The notes beneath the pieces were generated by a model. The model worked only from the letters and a program-made list of their open reading frames with translations. It did no database searches and had not been told where the DNA came from. From positions 1 to 64,000 of the forward strand of contig JAUCBJ010002949.1 of assembly GCA_032718475.1 (NCBI GenBank): a stretch of DNA of 64,000 nt, given 5' to 3'. This DNA comes from Nemertoderma westbladi (Eukaryota; Animalia; Xenacoelomorpha). The position numbers and the translations under genes are program-made. Of this stretch, positions 51,162 to 64,000 are shown one piece after another (positions within the stretch are counted from its first letter, which is position 1; every line of letters starts with the position of its first letter).

Positions 51162-51924
51162 AGTTAAGAAGGTTTTAGATAACTAGTAGGTATATTAATA
51201 TGTAAATAAGTAGGATAGTTAGAAATAATACTCATGTTTGCTAATACATTGTTTAAAAATATATTCTTAACATGTGTATTTGTATTATTATGTATATATT
51301 TTATGTCTATAAGAAAAATAAGAAAAATACGCAATGATGCAGTATTAAGTAATAAAATCGCACATGGGCCTTACCCATTATACTTTTGCTAACTTTAAAC
51401 ATTTTTGTTGTGATTATATTGCTTATAGAATATTTTGCATTTGAACTTCAGGGAAGTTGGCTGAACTGCATTTATGCAGTGAATCCAACTTTCCCCTTTA
51501 GAGGTAAAGTAAAGTTTTCTTACATTAGGCCTAATGGGCCTTATTCTAAAGTTGTGGGGACTCTTGAATAGTAGTAGGCCTATTCCTCAAAAGTTATATG
51601 AAAGTAATTTCGGTCGATATGGAAACCAATGTATTCCATCTAACAAAATTCAAGAAGACTTATTTGTTAATTAATCAAAATTGCAACATACTTACTCTAC
51701 ACGGTAGTACTGTAGATTTGGCAATAGAGTAATAATGGCTGAGTAATTCTTCACTGTTCAGAAGAATCCAAATACAGTACGTAGCGGTTTAATGGAAACC
51801 TCATGTCGTTAGTAGAGTTAAGAGGAAACAACAAACAGGTTGATAGCTGCTAGTACAGGGAGGTGCCCCCATTTCTCGTGCAACCAGCTGACTATAACAA
51901 TTGTTATGAGAATTCGAAGAAGTT

Positions 51925-52262
51925 GAGTGAGCCCCTTATAGCCTTAAATGCTTCATGCGAAATTCCCCCATGGGAAATACAGAAGGTCAGAAGGTCTTGA
52001 TTTGGAAACAAAGATTGGACTGCAGGGGAAATGCACCTCACTAGACTCCAATGTTGATGAGAACGCACTATATCATTGATATCTAGCAAAGGAGAAAAGT
52101 GCTTCATTGTGGCTGACTGCCCTACCAATTACAAAACCTGGAATGGCTCTACACAAAACTGCCTTCCGTTTTATTCTATGTTTTAGGTGTGGGTGGTACT
52201 GATCAGGGGTCACCTCAAGGGTTGCTTGCCACTTGCATCTGTTGTGCATCATTCAACTGTTG
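51925..52262 (+). pseudogene. Decayed fragment of another CRE-family element (region before and including the zinc knuckle)
   Basis: Translates as EKSASLWLTALPI...LHKTAFRFILCFRCGW...CIC, similar to EKGASTWLNSKPL...LNKEEFRDAVCLRYGW...CAC in the intact CRE. Confidence 0.7.
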
Positions 52263-52670
52263 CAGAGACTAGGGTTGTCAGTAAAGTGAGGCATCGGGGG
52301 AATCTAGTCTTGGTCTAGAACTTATATTATATTAACTTTTTTTCTCTGTTTTTTTTATCTTTTAATGTAAATGTGACTTCATTTTGAGTTGGACATTTAT
52401 TAAAATTTTGAAAATATTTAGGTTAATAAAGTAATTGTAATTTGTTAAAACTAATAATAGTTAAGAGGAATTTTTTAAGGGAAAAGTGTTTTGAAGCACA
52501 GAAGGGAAAAAGTAAGCTCAATAACATAAATTATAATGAGTTACTGGTACCCCTACATAATACAATATAAACCAGCATTCATAAACGAAGTTGGGCCTCC
52601 GCGCAGCACTTAAAAGTGTCATATGTTAATTCTTAATTCGAAATAATTATAAACACTATCTAAGAAGATG

Positions 52671-53289
52671 TGTGACGGGATCCGAGTTGGCGAGGGATCC
52701 CTACCGGTATTTGTGTCATGGTTAATACGCGTCGTAGTCGGTTAGTACACTAATGTGACTGTCACTGAAAGGCTTGGGGCTGAAAGGCCGAAGGCCGATA
52801 TAATAAAGATCTGAGTTTAAAGCTTGTGGCTATTGATAATGTCAGATATATGAGTATCGGTAATACAGCACAATCAGTATTGCACAATGACAGCAGTACC
52901 GATGACGGTTTAAACCGCTTAACTTATACTCTGAATGCTAGCCAACTGAATCATAATTAACACTGAATAACAGTTATATGGACATTGCATGGAAGATTAC
53001 ACATATTGCCTACAGTATCGATCTACCAAAAGATGCGCACTAATTGATGGTGTACCGCTCCACTACTATTGGTTGGTTTACTTTCTATGGCCACTCCCTA
53101 TCTTTCCTGGCCCTGTGCTGGCTTCCCCCTGAGATGTATTGGTATCTCTCTCCGCTGGCAGTGTATATTGCCTTATTCCCTCTGGTGTGCAATATTGGGT
53201 TGGGCAATATTGGATATCTAATCGTAATTCGTAAATCATGATTTCCCCATTTTCTCGCTGGGTGGTGCAGCGGTTTGGGTCCACTAACA
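52671..53289 (-). mobile_element. Putative 3' LTR (about 620 bp)
   Basis: On the - strand it starts TGTTAGTGG and ends CCCGTCACA, directly after a polypurine tract G(n)AG at 53290-53303; no second LTR in the window. Confidence 0.6.
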
Positions 53290-53829
53290 CTCCCCCCCCC
53301 CCCATGACATCTTTCTGGTGAGAAGATAGCATCACCCTCAAGTGCACTCCATTCCGCTGGAATCCAATCTAATATTGGATGTGGGGTGGTATATTCTTTT
53401 CTGAGACCAGTTTTCCAGACTGGTCCCTCAGGGTCTGCTCTCACTACCCACCCTTGGTACATCTGCGAGCTAATTTGTACCAAGGCATCTGACGTCTCTA
53501 TTTAGACAATCGCCTCTCTTCCTCACTCAATTTTCTTTCGGATATTATTATCTGATCTCTCCACTATGTCCTCACCTCGTTAGTCCTGTAGGACTCATCC
53601 TCCACTCAGCTGTCACATACTCCACCTGTCCCAGTAGCTAATTGGAAAAGGTTACATCTGACTATAGTATGTACATTGTGTTTAGTATAGATCTATGTAT
53701 TGCACTATTTGATTGATTATATGTACGTATGGTGTGTACTAACTTTATACTTATATAAAAGGTGTGGACCTTGAGTATTAGTTAGTTTAGACCTCGTCCT
53801 GTCTCGGGCATTTCTTCTCCTCTTGTTTA

Positions 53830-56270
53830 CTCTTTAGGGCACTCATCCGCGCCAATACAGCTTTGCCAATCCCCGTAGTTGGATCCTTCAGCCATTATCA
53901 TCTCGCTGTATCGTTTCGCTGGTGGTCCCACTGAGTGTCCCTCCTGCTTTCCTCTGGTAGCGTCCCACATGATGATCTTCATGGCATGTGGTATATGTTC
54001 TGCCAGAAAGCTCCTAAACTCCATCCTATTCTCCGGCGACCACCTGTCGAGGTACTGTTGGGTATTAATTACCCTCTGTGTGATGCCGCCGCTTCTACCT
54101 CCTGGTAGGTGAATGGCAGACTTTTCCTAGTGAGCTCTTGGTGGGCCTCTTGGTTAATGTTAAACAACCCCCACTGGAACTCCTGGGCCTTCATCCTCTG
54201 TCTGGTCATGACAACGATGTCGGCCCAATCCTCATAGATGCGAAACTTCTCCTCGTCATTCATCCAGTCGCATTGACATTCAGTGCCCTCTAAATCTGCA
54301 CTTACAACATCTATGGTGTAGCTTCAGGCATGCGACCATCCTATGGGTGGAGTCGTGGCAGTACAGACATGTCGTTCCCTTCTCGTAGCGATACAGACAG
54401 TTCTACTGCTGGTGGGTTAACCGCCCACAGTAATCATAGCCGACTATCACAGTCTGCCTCCCAAACTCGTCCTTGGCTCCACGCAACTGCCTAGGTCTGT
54501 GGAGCCACTGATACATGAACATCTCCACCTTAATGTCTCTACCTATGTCAATGTCTTCTTCTTCTCTCGGCATCATCTCCCCAAACACCACCCGTGGTGC
54601 TGTCCCCAGTTGCTCACCTAGTCGGATCGCGTCCACCAGGAAATTCCTTGCCAGCTCTCCATGCTCCCAGGCTCGCTTACATGGGGGATCCCAGAACGCT
54701 CTCGCCCTACTGGCTGTCACCACTCTCCCGTCCACTCAGTCCATGTCCGCCCGAATGATCCTCTCTATCAGTGGCATCTCCCCGAACACGTCTCCCTCAT
54801 CTCTTCTACCACAAGTGGTTCCAAACCCAGGATCGCGGTCGATTTACCATGTACTGGCCTGGTACTCGCCCACAACTCTCCAGTCTTCTGCCGCTTTCGG
54901 TCTCTTCCTCTTGAAGTCACCCTCGGACCCCCTGGGTATTGGCATTCTCTGCAATCCAGATGTTGACTGTATCGGCGATTCCTCCATCCACTCTATCTTG
55001 TCTTCTGGCCGAAACTCGCCCGAGGTCTCCGAGCCCCACCTCAACTCACCATATCCTGGGCTTTGAAATCATAATCCCCTCCTTTTTCTGCTGCCTCTCT
55101 GCTTGCTGCCTCCCTCCTCTCCTTCCTAGCAGCCTCTTCCTCCCTGTCCACCTCGTGTTCTTCCATCGTCGGTATGGTGTGGCTACTTCTCTGTCCACCA
55201 GATGTCGGGTATTGTAATACACCAACTCGCCCTTCTGCCCCGGGTGGTCTACAAGACGTTCAAAGGCAGTTCTGAAGGCTCTTCTGTGGTTCAGAGGTGG
55301 TCCCATCAGTAGAAATGCCATCGGTTCTCTGCCAATGACCATCGTTATGAATGGGTTCACTAACCCAATCATTATCCAGTCCTCCTGTAAGATATAACTC
55401 TTCTGGTATGTCTTAATCCTCCCCCTTCGGAAGTGATACAAATCTTCCCTCCCCACATGAGCGATTCCATCAGTTCCGCTCCGTACTCTTCTCGTAACTT
55501 CTTCCACTCTGTCGGCCCTATAGCATAAGAGTCCCATCAGCTGACCCATCGCCACTACTCTGTATTGACCCGTGTTATCCACAAGTCCTAATCCATCTGG
55601 CTTTGTCATAGCCATATAGACTACCTGTGTATCCAGAAGACTCGGGGTGTTCGGTCCAATAACCCTCTCCACATCGTCACGTATCACTGACCCGATCTTT
55701 ATCATGGTCTTTGATCTCACCAGCATCTGTGCCGCATCCGGTAGATGGTTCAACTTCGGTCCATCTTTCTTCCTGTAGGTCCCCAGGTCGAAAAGAAAAA
55801 TATATCCGTTCGGCACCGCTAGATGCAGCAATATAGTTCTACCTGACCCCCTTGACCCCTTCCTCGTCCCATCATCATCCTCTACGGTCCCCTCGTCATC
55901 AAAACCATATATCCACCCCTCTCCACCAATTCGACAAACTTCCTCCATTCATTCTTAGCTGGTTCCCTTGCATACCTTGGTATCACAAAGGTATCTTCCT
56001 CCCCCTTCACAACATAACGAAGATGTTCGTTGATCGCGTTATCCAATGACAGCGTCCCGTAGGTTCCAACTAATCGCCATTCATGTATACCTCTGAACTA
56101 ATCTTGCAACACGTATGCTTTCTGACTCTTAGGAAGTTGATTGTAATACTTCCTCGTCTAATTCTTCGGATGTCTCAGCGTGAAATTGACTAACAGCTCA
56201 CTCTCACTCTTCTCCGACTTCCTTCTCTTGACTAACTTATCCACCATCCCGATTTCTCTCTCTCACCAAA
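53830..56270 (-). pseudogene. Decayed accessory ORF region of the putative LTR element, containing a DEDDy 3'-5' exonuclease-like domain (core ORF 55046-55948)
   Basis: IYGFDDEG (ExoI), LLHLA...IFLFDL, LP...LV....IKIGSVIRDD (ExoII), LLDTQ, QKSYILQED (ExoIII-like); stops and frameshifts; purine-rich coding strand. Confidence 0.62.
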
Positions 56271-56469
56271 CTGATGGTGCCTTGCAAAGGCTCAGTAGGC
56301 CAAGAGATAAAACAAATTTCAGTTTCAATCAGTATTAGATCAGCAATGGTCTACCTTTTATCTACCTTTTGTACAATTAATTTTCAGTTATGTGTCAATT
56401 TTCCCTATTTTCGCAATTTTTTCCATTAATTTTTAATTATGTTTCTAGAATTTTTCAATTTTCAGTTGC

Positions 56470-59400
56470 TACGATTTCTTCACCTTGCTGTAATTATTTA
56501 CCCATACATCTTTGCTACTTATTAAGTCACCACTCTTAATCTCTACAGTTTTTATCGTTCTGGGCCATTTCGTTGTGGCAGAACCATCCGATCCGCGGGG
56601 TGACCCTGCAACCCACCCAATACCCGCATTGGACTGGTTTACGGAACACCCTGTCACTACCATTTCGAACTGCCGCGCCGAATCGACGGAGATGTGGTCA
56701 ACGAGTGGATTTAGCCTCTACTGCTCTCGTCGGGGAAGAAGATCTTGGGTCTCCTCTCCACGAACTAGAGGCCTAATCGCCAAACTCTGTCTTCTGTCTC
56801 TGGCTGGGGATATTGAGACCAACCCAGGACCCAGCAGGACGCGGGCCCCGAAGATCAACTGCCCCGTCTGTCAATGAGGAACAAACTCTCGGAGTAAGAT
56901 CGTCCAATGCAAGAGTTGTGACACATTTGTACATTTAAAATGTTACCGTAGGAAAACCAGTAATTTATTCTCCACCAGAAACAATCTTGAACCAAGTTTT
57001 CTCTGCAATACTGTAGCTGTATTTTTACCGATCTTCCCTTTCATGATACAATTTTAGAATCAGAAACCGAAGATTCAATCCTCACATCGCCTCTGCAAAC
57101 TCCAAGTGATGCTGAGAGTGAAACTTTTAAAATTTTTTAAGAAAAAAGGTCTGCATTTTTTGCATTTAATTGCACGATCTCTGCTTCCAAAACTTTCCGA
57201 AATTCGTATTTTAATCAATAAATCCAATAAATCCAACCCAGCAGTTTCAACAATCTCTAAAACTTGGCTCGATGATAGTGTTTCTGATGGCGAAATTTAT
57301 ATTGATAATTACGTAGTTTTACGTAAGGATAGGGACAGACATGGTGGTGGTGTCTGTACTTACATTCGATGTGATTTAGCTTTTAATCGTAGGGAAGATT
57401 TAGAGACTTGTGACGAAGTTTTACTGGTGGAACTTTTACTTCCTAAAACTAAACCTATTTTAATCGGTACTTTATATCGGCCCCCTAAACAATCAGATTT
57501 TTTGCAAAATTTTTAAAATACAATTTTATGTAATCTTAGGTCAGACTGTGAAATATATTTCTTAGGTGATTTTAATATCTGTTACCATCTCAAAGCATCC
57601 CCCATCTGTAAACAGTACCAAAGTATTTTAAATTTGTTTGGTTTAAAACAAATTATCCGCGATTCTACCAGAATCTAAAACTTCTACTTTACTAGATCAC
57701 ATCCTTTGTAATAATACCGATATTATTTCTCAATCTGGGGTTTTACCGATAGGTCTAAATGATCATTTTATAGTTTTTTGCACAAGAAAGACCCAAAAAT
57801 CTTTTTTCGGGGATCATAAAACAGTAACAGTTAGGTCTATGAAAAATTACAGCAAGGAACGCTTTTTAAGTTTGTTAGTAAATTCTGACTGGGAACCCTG
57901 TTTTAAGGCCGCTGACATTAACCTTGCGTACACTGTTTTTAAAGATATATTTTTAAAGGCACTTAATACTGTAGCACCAATTAAAGAAATGAGTCTTAAA
58001 CAACGCACTGAGCCCTGGATGACCTCGGGTATTCTTTGTAATATCAGAGAAAGAGATAACTATTTGTATAAATTTAGGAAATACCGTGTTTTAGCTGATT
58101 ATAATAATTACTGCAAATATAGAAACCTTGTCCAACGGGAAATAAAAAAAGCTAAATCTGATTATTTGTACAACAAAATAAGTGAGAATAAAGATAATCC
58201 TAAAAGTCTATGGTCTACCCTAAAATCTTTAGGTTATAAAAACCTTAAATCTAAATCGAATATTGTTCTGCAAGATAACGGTGAGCTGATTCATGATCAT
58301 ACTCAAGTTAGTAATTTATTTAATAATTATTTTACTAATGTTGCCTCTAATTTAGTTAAGAAGTTACCGTTTTCAAGTAATAAATATAGTATAGGGTCCG
58401 AAATTCTAAATAATTTTTATTTAGAAAAGTTACAAAATTCAGAAAATTTTTAAAACCCGTTTCTGAGGATTTCGCTTTTCAAAATCTACTTAGCCTATCA
58501 GCCTCAAAAAGTACCGGTCTAGACCTAATACCTGCCCGTTTTCTTAAGGATGGTGCTGAAGTACTTAAAGTGCCTATTACTTTTATTATTAAATCGTAGA
58601 TAATGTAGTACCAGACGAACTGAAATTAGCTAAGGTTGTTCCTCTGTATAAAAAGAATAGTAAAGTAGAACCCTGTAATTACAGACCTGTTAGTATCTTA
58701 AGTATTGCATCTTTATCGTTGAGTCGGGCATTGTCACGCTCTCGGTAATGTCTATACAAATCAATCCAGGTTTCAGCCAATCACAAAGGAGATGACGTAG
58801 GCCTATTACAACCGAATGTGGATTATTTGTATGGGCTTTAATGATCACCCACGTTCTGTTAGAATCTATACATTTCAATTTTTTACTTATAATTTAAATT
58901 ATAAGTTCAAGTCAACTGTATAGGCTATATGAAAGGATATGAAAAATATTTGCTAGACACTCTCATACTTGTTCTACATTATTATAATTATAGATACATA
59001 TGTTATGCTTATAGTAAATTAACAGGTTAATCATACAGTAGCAAACCATTATCTGAAACCGCAGAACATTTAATCATACGTACAGTATAAAATGTACAGT
59101 CAGATACAGTTAGTTAATGCGTAATCATGATCGCGGCCCTGTCCAATTACAACCGGCTGCAATCGATTGAGATATGCAGACATACTATTTTGTTCCATGT
59201 TAGTCGGTCTTAGGTATTTCTTCTTTTTTCTAATTTGTTTTTTTCGCGTTGTGTACAATTGCCGTCGGATTGAGGAAATTCGGCGGTTCTGGGTGATAAT
59301 TCGTTTATCATTAGGCGACTTTGTGAGTAGTGGTAATCGAAGTGTTAAGGATTTTATAATGTTGTCAATGGCATTGTGAGCCATTAATTTATTGCTGTGC

Positions 59401-60023
59401 GTAATTTTCGGGTTGTGCAATAAAGCATTCAGTTTGTTCAGACGAGGCAGGGGGTACCCTACCTCCTTAGACGTAGACATGGCAGAGGTAGCCTCCCAGA
59501 ACGGGTAGGGATTCCAGAATCTTCTTAGACCATATTCTATCTAAGACCAGAAATTTCAGAAATATAAGACCGTTCTAAGACCATCTTACTTACTTTAGTA
59601 CTATTATGGGAAATAGTAGTGGGAAAGCAGTATTTAAATGAAAATAATTGAAATGTATAGATTCTAACAGAACATGTGTGGTCATTAAAGTCTATACAAA
59701 TCAATCCACATTCATTTGTAATAGGCCCTACGTCATCTCCTTTGTGATTGGCTGAAACCTGGATTGATTTGTATAGACTTTAACGCCTCGTTCGGTAAAG
59801 TTGTACATGTACATAGTGTAATTACGTTTTATATTGGTTTTAGGTTAGCGTAGTGTAATATTGTATTTGTAACCAAGTAACATAAAGGACCCCCTTGGAA
59901 ATAAGCTGCAAAGCTTTAGGGGTAATCCTATATGTTTTGTTGGACAATACCTTTATACCGGTACATTGTTTGGTGTATTTGTTATTGTTTTTACATAATG
60001 TATAAATAAATCTATCTATCTAT
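56470..60023 (+). mobile_element. Decayed CR1/L2-group LINE (2A-like motif, PHD, APE, start of RT), internally deleted and interrupted
   Basis: LAGDIETNPGP; C..C/C..C...VH..C; RKDRDRHGGGV, LYRPP, LGDFN; KSTGLDLIP, NYRPVSIL; 3' stem-loop at 59886-59929 and AATAAA(TCTA)n tail near 60005-60023. Confidence 0.82.
58711..59800. mobile_element. Foldback / long-TIR non-autonomous DNA element inside the LINE
   Basis: About 130-170-bp inverted repeats: 58750-58880 versus 59645-59780. Confidence 0.78.
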
Positions 60024-60245
60024 ACAGAGAAGACTACAGCAGCTACAATTTTCCTATTTTTGTAGTAACTTTCCACCAGACATCTTTCTGGGTCTGCATC
60101 AATACTTTAAGTCTGCACTCTGGGCTATGCGCTATAGTAGTCTAGTTCGTGCAGCCTACACTATCTATCCTACCACGCCTACATATCCCCCTCAACTCCC
60201 CACGTGGTGCCCTCATTGCCCACTATTTATATTATATATTTATAT

Positions 60246-60428
60246 TATGTACTATTATTGGTCCCAGTGACCCGGCATTAGTACTTATTATGTACGTTAG
60301 CACATAGTGATCATCAGACATACGTAATGTGTACTCATCTAATCCTACATCTGATACTATGTACCCTTCTAATCCTAAATATAGTACGCATTATGTACTA
60401 TTATTGGTCCCATTGACCCGGAATTAGT
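60246..60428 (+). repeat. Pair of about 37-bp direct repeats
   Basis: ttatgtactattattggtccca.tgacccgg.attagt at about 60246 and 60391. Confidence 0.7.
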
Positions 60429-61533
60429 GTGTATGTAATAGGGTTGGTGACTCAAAAAATAAATTTTCTATAAACACGTTCATAAAATGTAAAAAGGTGT
60501 GCTGATCACGAATCTGAAAACAGTTTTTAAATTCATCGAGTTCCAGCTGAGATTGAGGGGTTTATACACAAGCGCGGGAAAATCTTAGTTTAAACGCTCT
60601 GATTTACTGTACCACTTGCTGTTCCATGTCGCTAGGCAACGCTAACAACATTCACTAGCTAACAGCATACAGTTTACTATTGTTTGATGTCGGCTAATTT
60701 TAGTTATAAAATTAAGATATTTATATTATTAGTTTGACACAACAATGTAATGCTCATTGTTTTATTATGCTATTATATTATCTGTGTTCATTATTTTTAT
60801 TCGTTTGTAGCGGCACTGTAGGGGTTGTCTTCCTATTATTATCGGCCTACTGTATTCACGAATGTTATTATTAGGGCTACATAAAAATGTTTTGGACCTT
60901 ATTCTTTCTGTAATAATGGTAATAAACCATCTCCACAGTTTTTTTAAACCTGAAATTTCACATCGGATTTGAACGCATTTATGATAATCACAGTGTATTC
61001 CGATTATGTTCTAGAACACGGTGGTGATGGATAGCTATACCTATGTTTGTTTATAGCAACATATTAGCTATATTAAAATTAAACCCACACACAACCAATG
61101 AATGCGGATATATTTAATATTGAAACCTAGTAAAAATAAATAGGAAATTTAAAGAAAATATAAGGTCCAACTTTATCTATCGCCAGTATATGCACTGTTA
61201 TAGCTTGACTTTGTACTGGACCTAAGTCCATGTTAATCCCCTGTCTGTTGACCTACTGACCTACCGGTATCCTATTCAGTGTTTGGTATTTGGTGTTTCA
61301 ACTGCTTTGGTTTACCTATTAGCAATATATATATGCATATTGTTTACCGCATCAGTTGATCCTATTATTTCTGTATTTATCTATCTGGCTGATGATTGGT
61401 GTGGTGGCAGCGGTGCTTTCATCACTAACGTCTTCTAGTTACAGAGTTAACATAATTTTACCGACACCAACTGCCAGCCAGCCTGCCAGCATTACCACTT
61501 CACTTACCGGTACCAAAGTGCAGAAGTGACCCA

Positions 61534-62800
61534 GTGACCTACAGACCTAGATTTATCTACCTTATTGACGATAACCTACTGAAACAAGGCAGTGGAATTA
61601 GCCATCATGGCACAATCGTAGTTGAAGATGAGGAGCTGTCACCGTCTAGGGAGAACTATATTGTCCTCACATGGCTACGTTTGATACACTCTGACTTACT
61701 GAAATTAGTCAAGCAGCGCTATGGGACGGAACTTCACTCTAGAACATTAGCGTCTATTAAACCAGAAATTTCACAAGCACTTCCATCTCTCCTTGATGAG
61801 TTACATTCAGGTGAAGAAATCCGGACCTTCCGCTCATACATTCCACCAGCTTATCCCAGTAGGGCCAACTCGCGCTCTAACCAACCTATGCGACCCAACA
61901 CTCCGCAATCCGTGAATCAAACCCGTCATGTTCATCAACCTCCAAATAAAAAGTGTCCTTTATGTCAACAAACTCGCCGTACCGACTTCAACCACTTCCT
62001 TAGCCGATGCCCTTTCCTTCCTGAACAGGATAAATGCTTCCTTGTGCGGGCACGTTCCATCGCCATTTCCAACCGAGGAGTTGTTCGAACCCGATTCCAC
62101 CTTTAATAACAACCCGACCTTGGAAGACTATTCTGGTCCAGTGCATGATCCACATATTTCGAGAGTTAGTGTAATTCGTTCTCCATACTTGGATGTTACA
62201 TACAATGAAGACAAACTACGTGTAGTCTTAGATTCTGGGGCAGAAACTATTTTAATTCTCTCATCCTTAGCAAGAAAACTCAATGTTCCTATATACCCAA
62301 ATGTAACCCAAGTGCCATCTCAGGCAGATGGGGTAAACTACATTGATTTTTACTCATGGTAGGTTTTCATTTGAATTTAATGCACTAGTTGTTCAGAAAC
62401 TTGCAACTGAAATCATTGCAGGTACACCCTTTTTGACTCAAAATGATATTACGGTACATGCTGCACTTTGTTTAGTTACCTTTTATGATGGCTCTAGCTT
62501 TCAATACACTACTGTAGGGTGTGTACTGTGTAGGCCAAGGAAATCACCCAACAGTCCGAGTTGTTTCCTCTGTGATACGTGCTCCCCCCATATCTACTAC
62601 AGTGTGGCCCAATGAGTGTCTAGAGCTACCTCTCCCAAGTTCCCTATTAAAATTTAATGATATTTTTATAGAACCTCACTATACTTATACCACTAGTGAC
62701 TCATCCCCTTGGCTCAGTCAAATGATGTTACCTATTAGTAATAATAGAGTGTATGCGAAGAGACGTACCTGATATCCTGCAATATCCTACTGTAAAGTTT
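61534..62800 (+). pseudogene. Gypsy-like LTR retrotransposon gag-protease remnant
   Basis: Zinc knuckle CPLCQQ..HFLSRCPFL, aspartic protease LDSGAE, IIAGTPFL..NDI; multiple frameshifts. Confidence 0.78.
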
Positions 62801-64000
62801 GTGAATCAAAACATAATCCGACCTTCTCACCAAAACAGTAAACTCTAAGTAAGCAGATCTATTGCAGTATCGGTCTCTTATAACCCGTGAGGCAGAAGAC
62901 AGTCTACGAACGGACAAACTTCGATAAAACAAAATCCCGCGCAGCGAATCCTAAAATCGGGCTGACTCACAGACGGACTAAGGGCGCTCGTATACTTTGC
63001 CACGGTGTGATTTATATGGGTGAGAGAGAGAGGCGCTAGCTAGATGTCTAACTAGCGGGCAAAGTGCAGTACGGACAAAAATTATTTTATATATTTTGAG
63101 TTGTAAATAATTCCTAACGCGTGTGTGTCTTTGAATCTAACAGTCAAAATCAGTTTTAGATCCTTCATATATATAATTACTGGGTCCGGTGTACATTTTA
63201 CAAATATTCTAATTTTGTAGCTTGTAGGTCCAATACTCACGAATGATAAGGCTCCTTCCCCTTTGTGTATTTCCAAGACTCAAATTCAGGCATAAGGTTA
63301 ATACTACGCCCAGAATTCGGCAATTTAATTTACCAGGTCCCTAATACTAAGAAGAAATGTGTTAGTTTACTACAGTAGGCGTACAGTTACAAATAGCTAG
63401 CCTGGCGTTCTATCTAGAATTTTGGTTGCCTAGATGGGCACGGCAACTCCCTATCAGAATGTCGGCGGGGACACGGTAGATGTTAGTATCCCTAATAGCC
63501 TCAATTTATATGCGACTAGCAGTAAACTGCCCTACCGCCTGAACGGTACAATCCCAATTCAGGTAAAAACACAGTAACCCTTCCTGGCTTACAAGTTCTA
63601 ATGCAAATGGACACCGTTGTACTACAAACGGCCACCGACGCACCTATACCTGGCAAATGAGTTAGGCGTACAGCTTGCTGCACCCTACTAATGTGTATGC
63701 CTTGTACTGGTGTGCCTGTGTCCTATCTGTGTACTAGTATCTCTCTGCCTGATCTCCTCCTCCCCCCGTAGGAATATGAAGGTCTACTGCGGGTTTTTCT
63801 GAATTAAGACAGTACAGTCCCTAAATGTAATTTTAGCGCACAGCGTGTCAGTACCTCTACCTTCGATCTTAGGTCTTACACTCAGGTAACGAGGCATCGA
63901 ACACTGTCTAACCTTTCAGGCGATGGGCGAATAACTAAGAATGGGTATTGCGGGTTGTCTCCTTTCTACATTCCTCCGATGTTCCCGTCTATTGCTGCGG

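Noticed and set aside
52780-52810. Hammerhead-like CTGAAAGGCCGAAGGCCGATA
   Set aside because: Both conserved cores (CUGANGA, GAAA) are broken and no stem I or III is evident
62930-64000. GC-richer terminal segment, possibly TE-derived
   Set aside because: No recognisable ORF, motif or terminus inside the window

Overview
AT-rich, repeat-dense eukaryotic (metazoan invertebrate-like) DNA. It holds three host genes: an intronless ankyrin-DHHC palmitoyltransferase (+), an intronless type II membrane fibrinogen-related protein (-), and an intron-poor TRPM channel (+, at least 7 coding exons with consistent GT-AG phases). Most of the rest is mobile or repetitive: a near-intact RTE LINE with a 13-bp TSD; a three-level nest of RTE LINEs, with TSDs for the two inner insertions; an intact CRE-clade RT+RLE retrotransposon with an N-terminal CXC motif and about 65 in-frame GPPQSQx heptads, wedged between two unrelated satellites; the 3' LTR, PPT and a DEDDy-exonuclease-like accessory region of an LTR element; a decayed CR1/L2-group LINE with a 2A-like motif; Gypsy and CRE remnants; several MITEs; and six non-coding tandem arrays (67, 50, 54/35, 31, 19 and about 63 bp). 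The best leads are the CRE element architecture, the exonuclease-carrying LTR element, and a tRNA-derived Pol III head placed just before a 6.2-kb T4-free satellite. All calls come from reading the sequence by eye; no searches were run.
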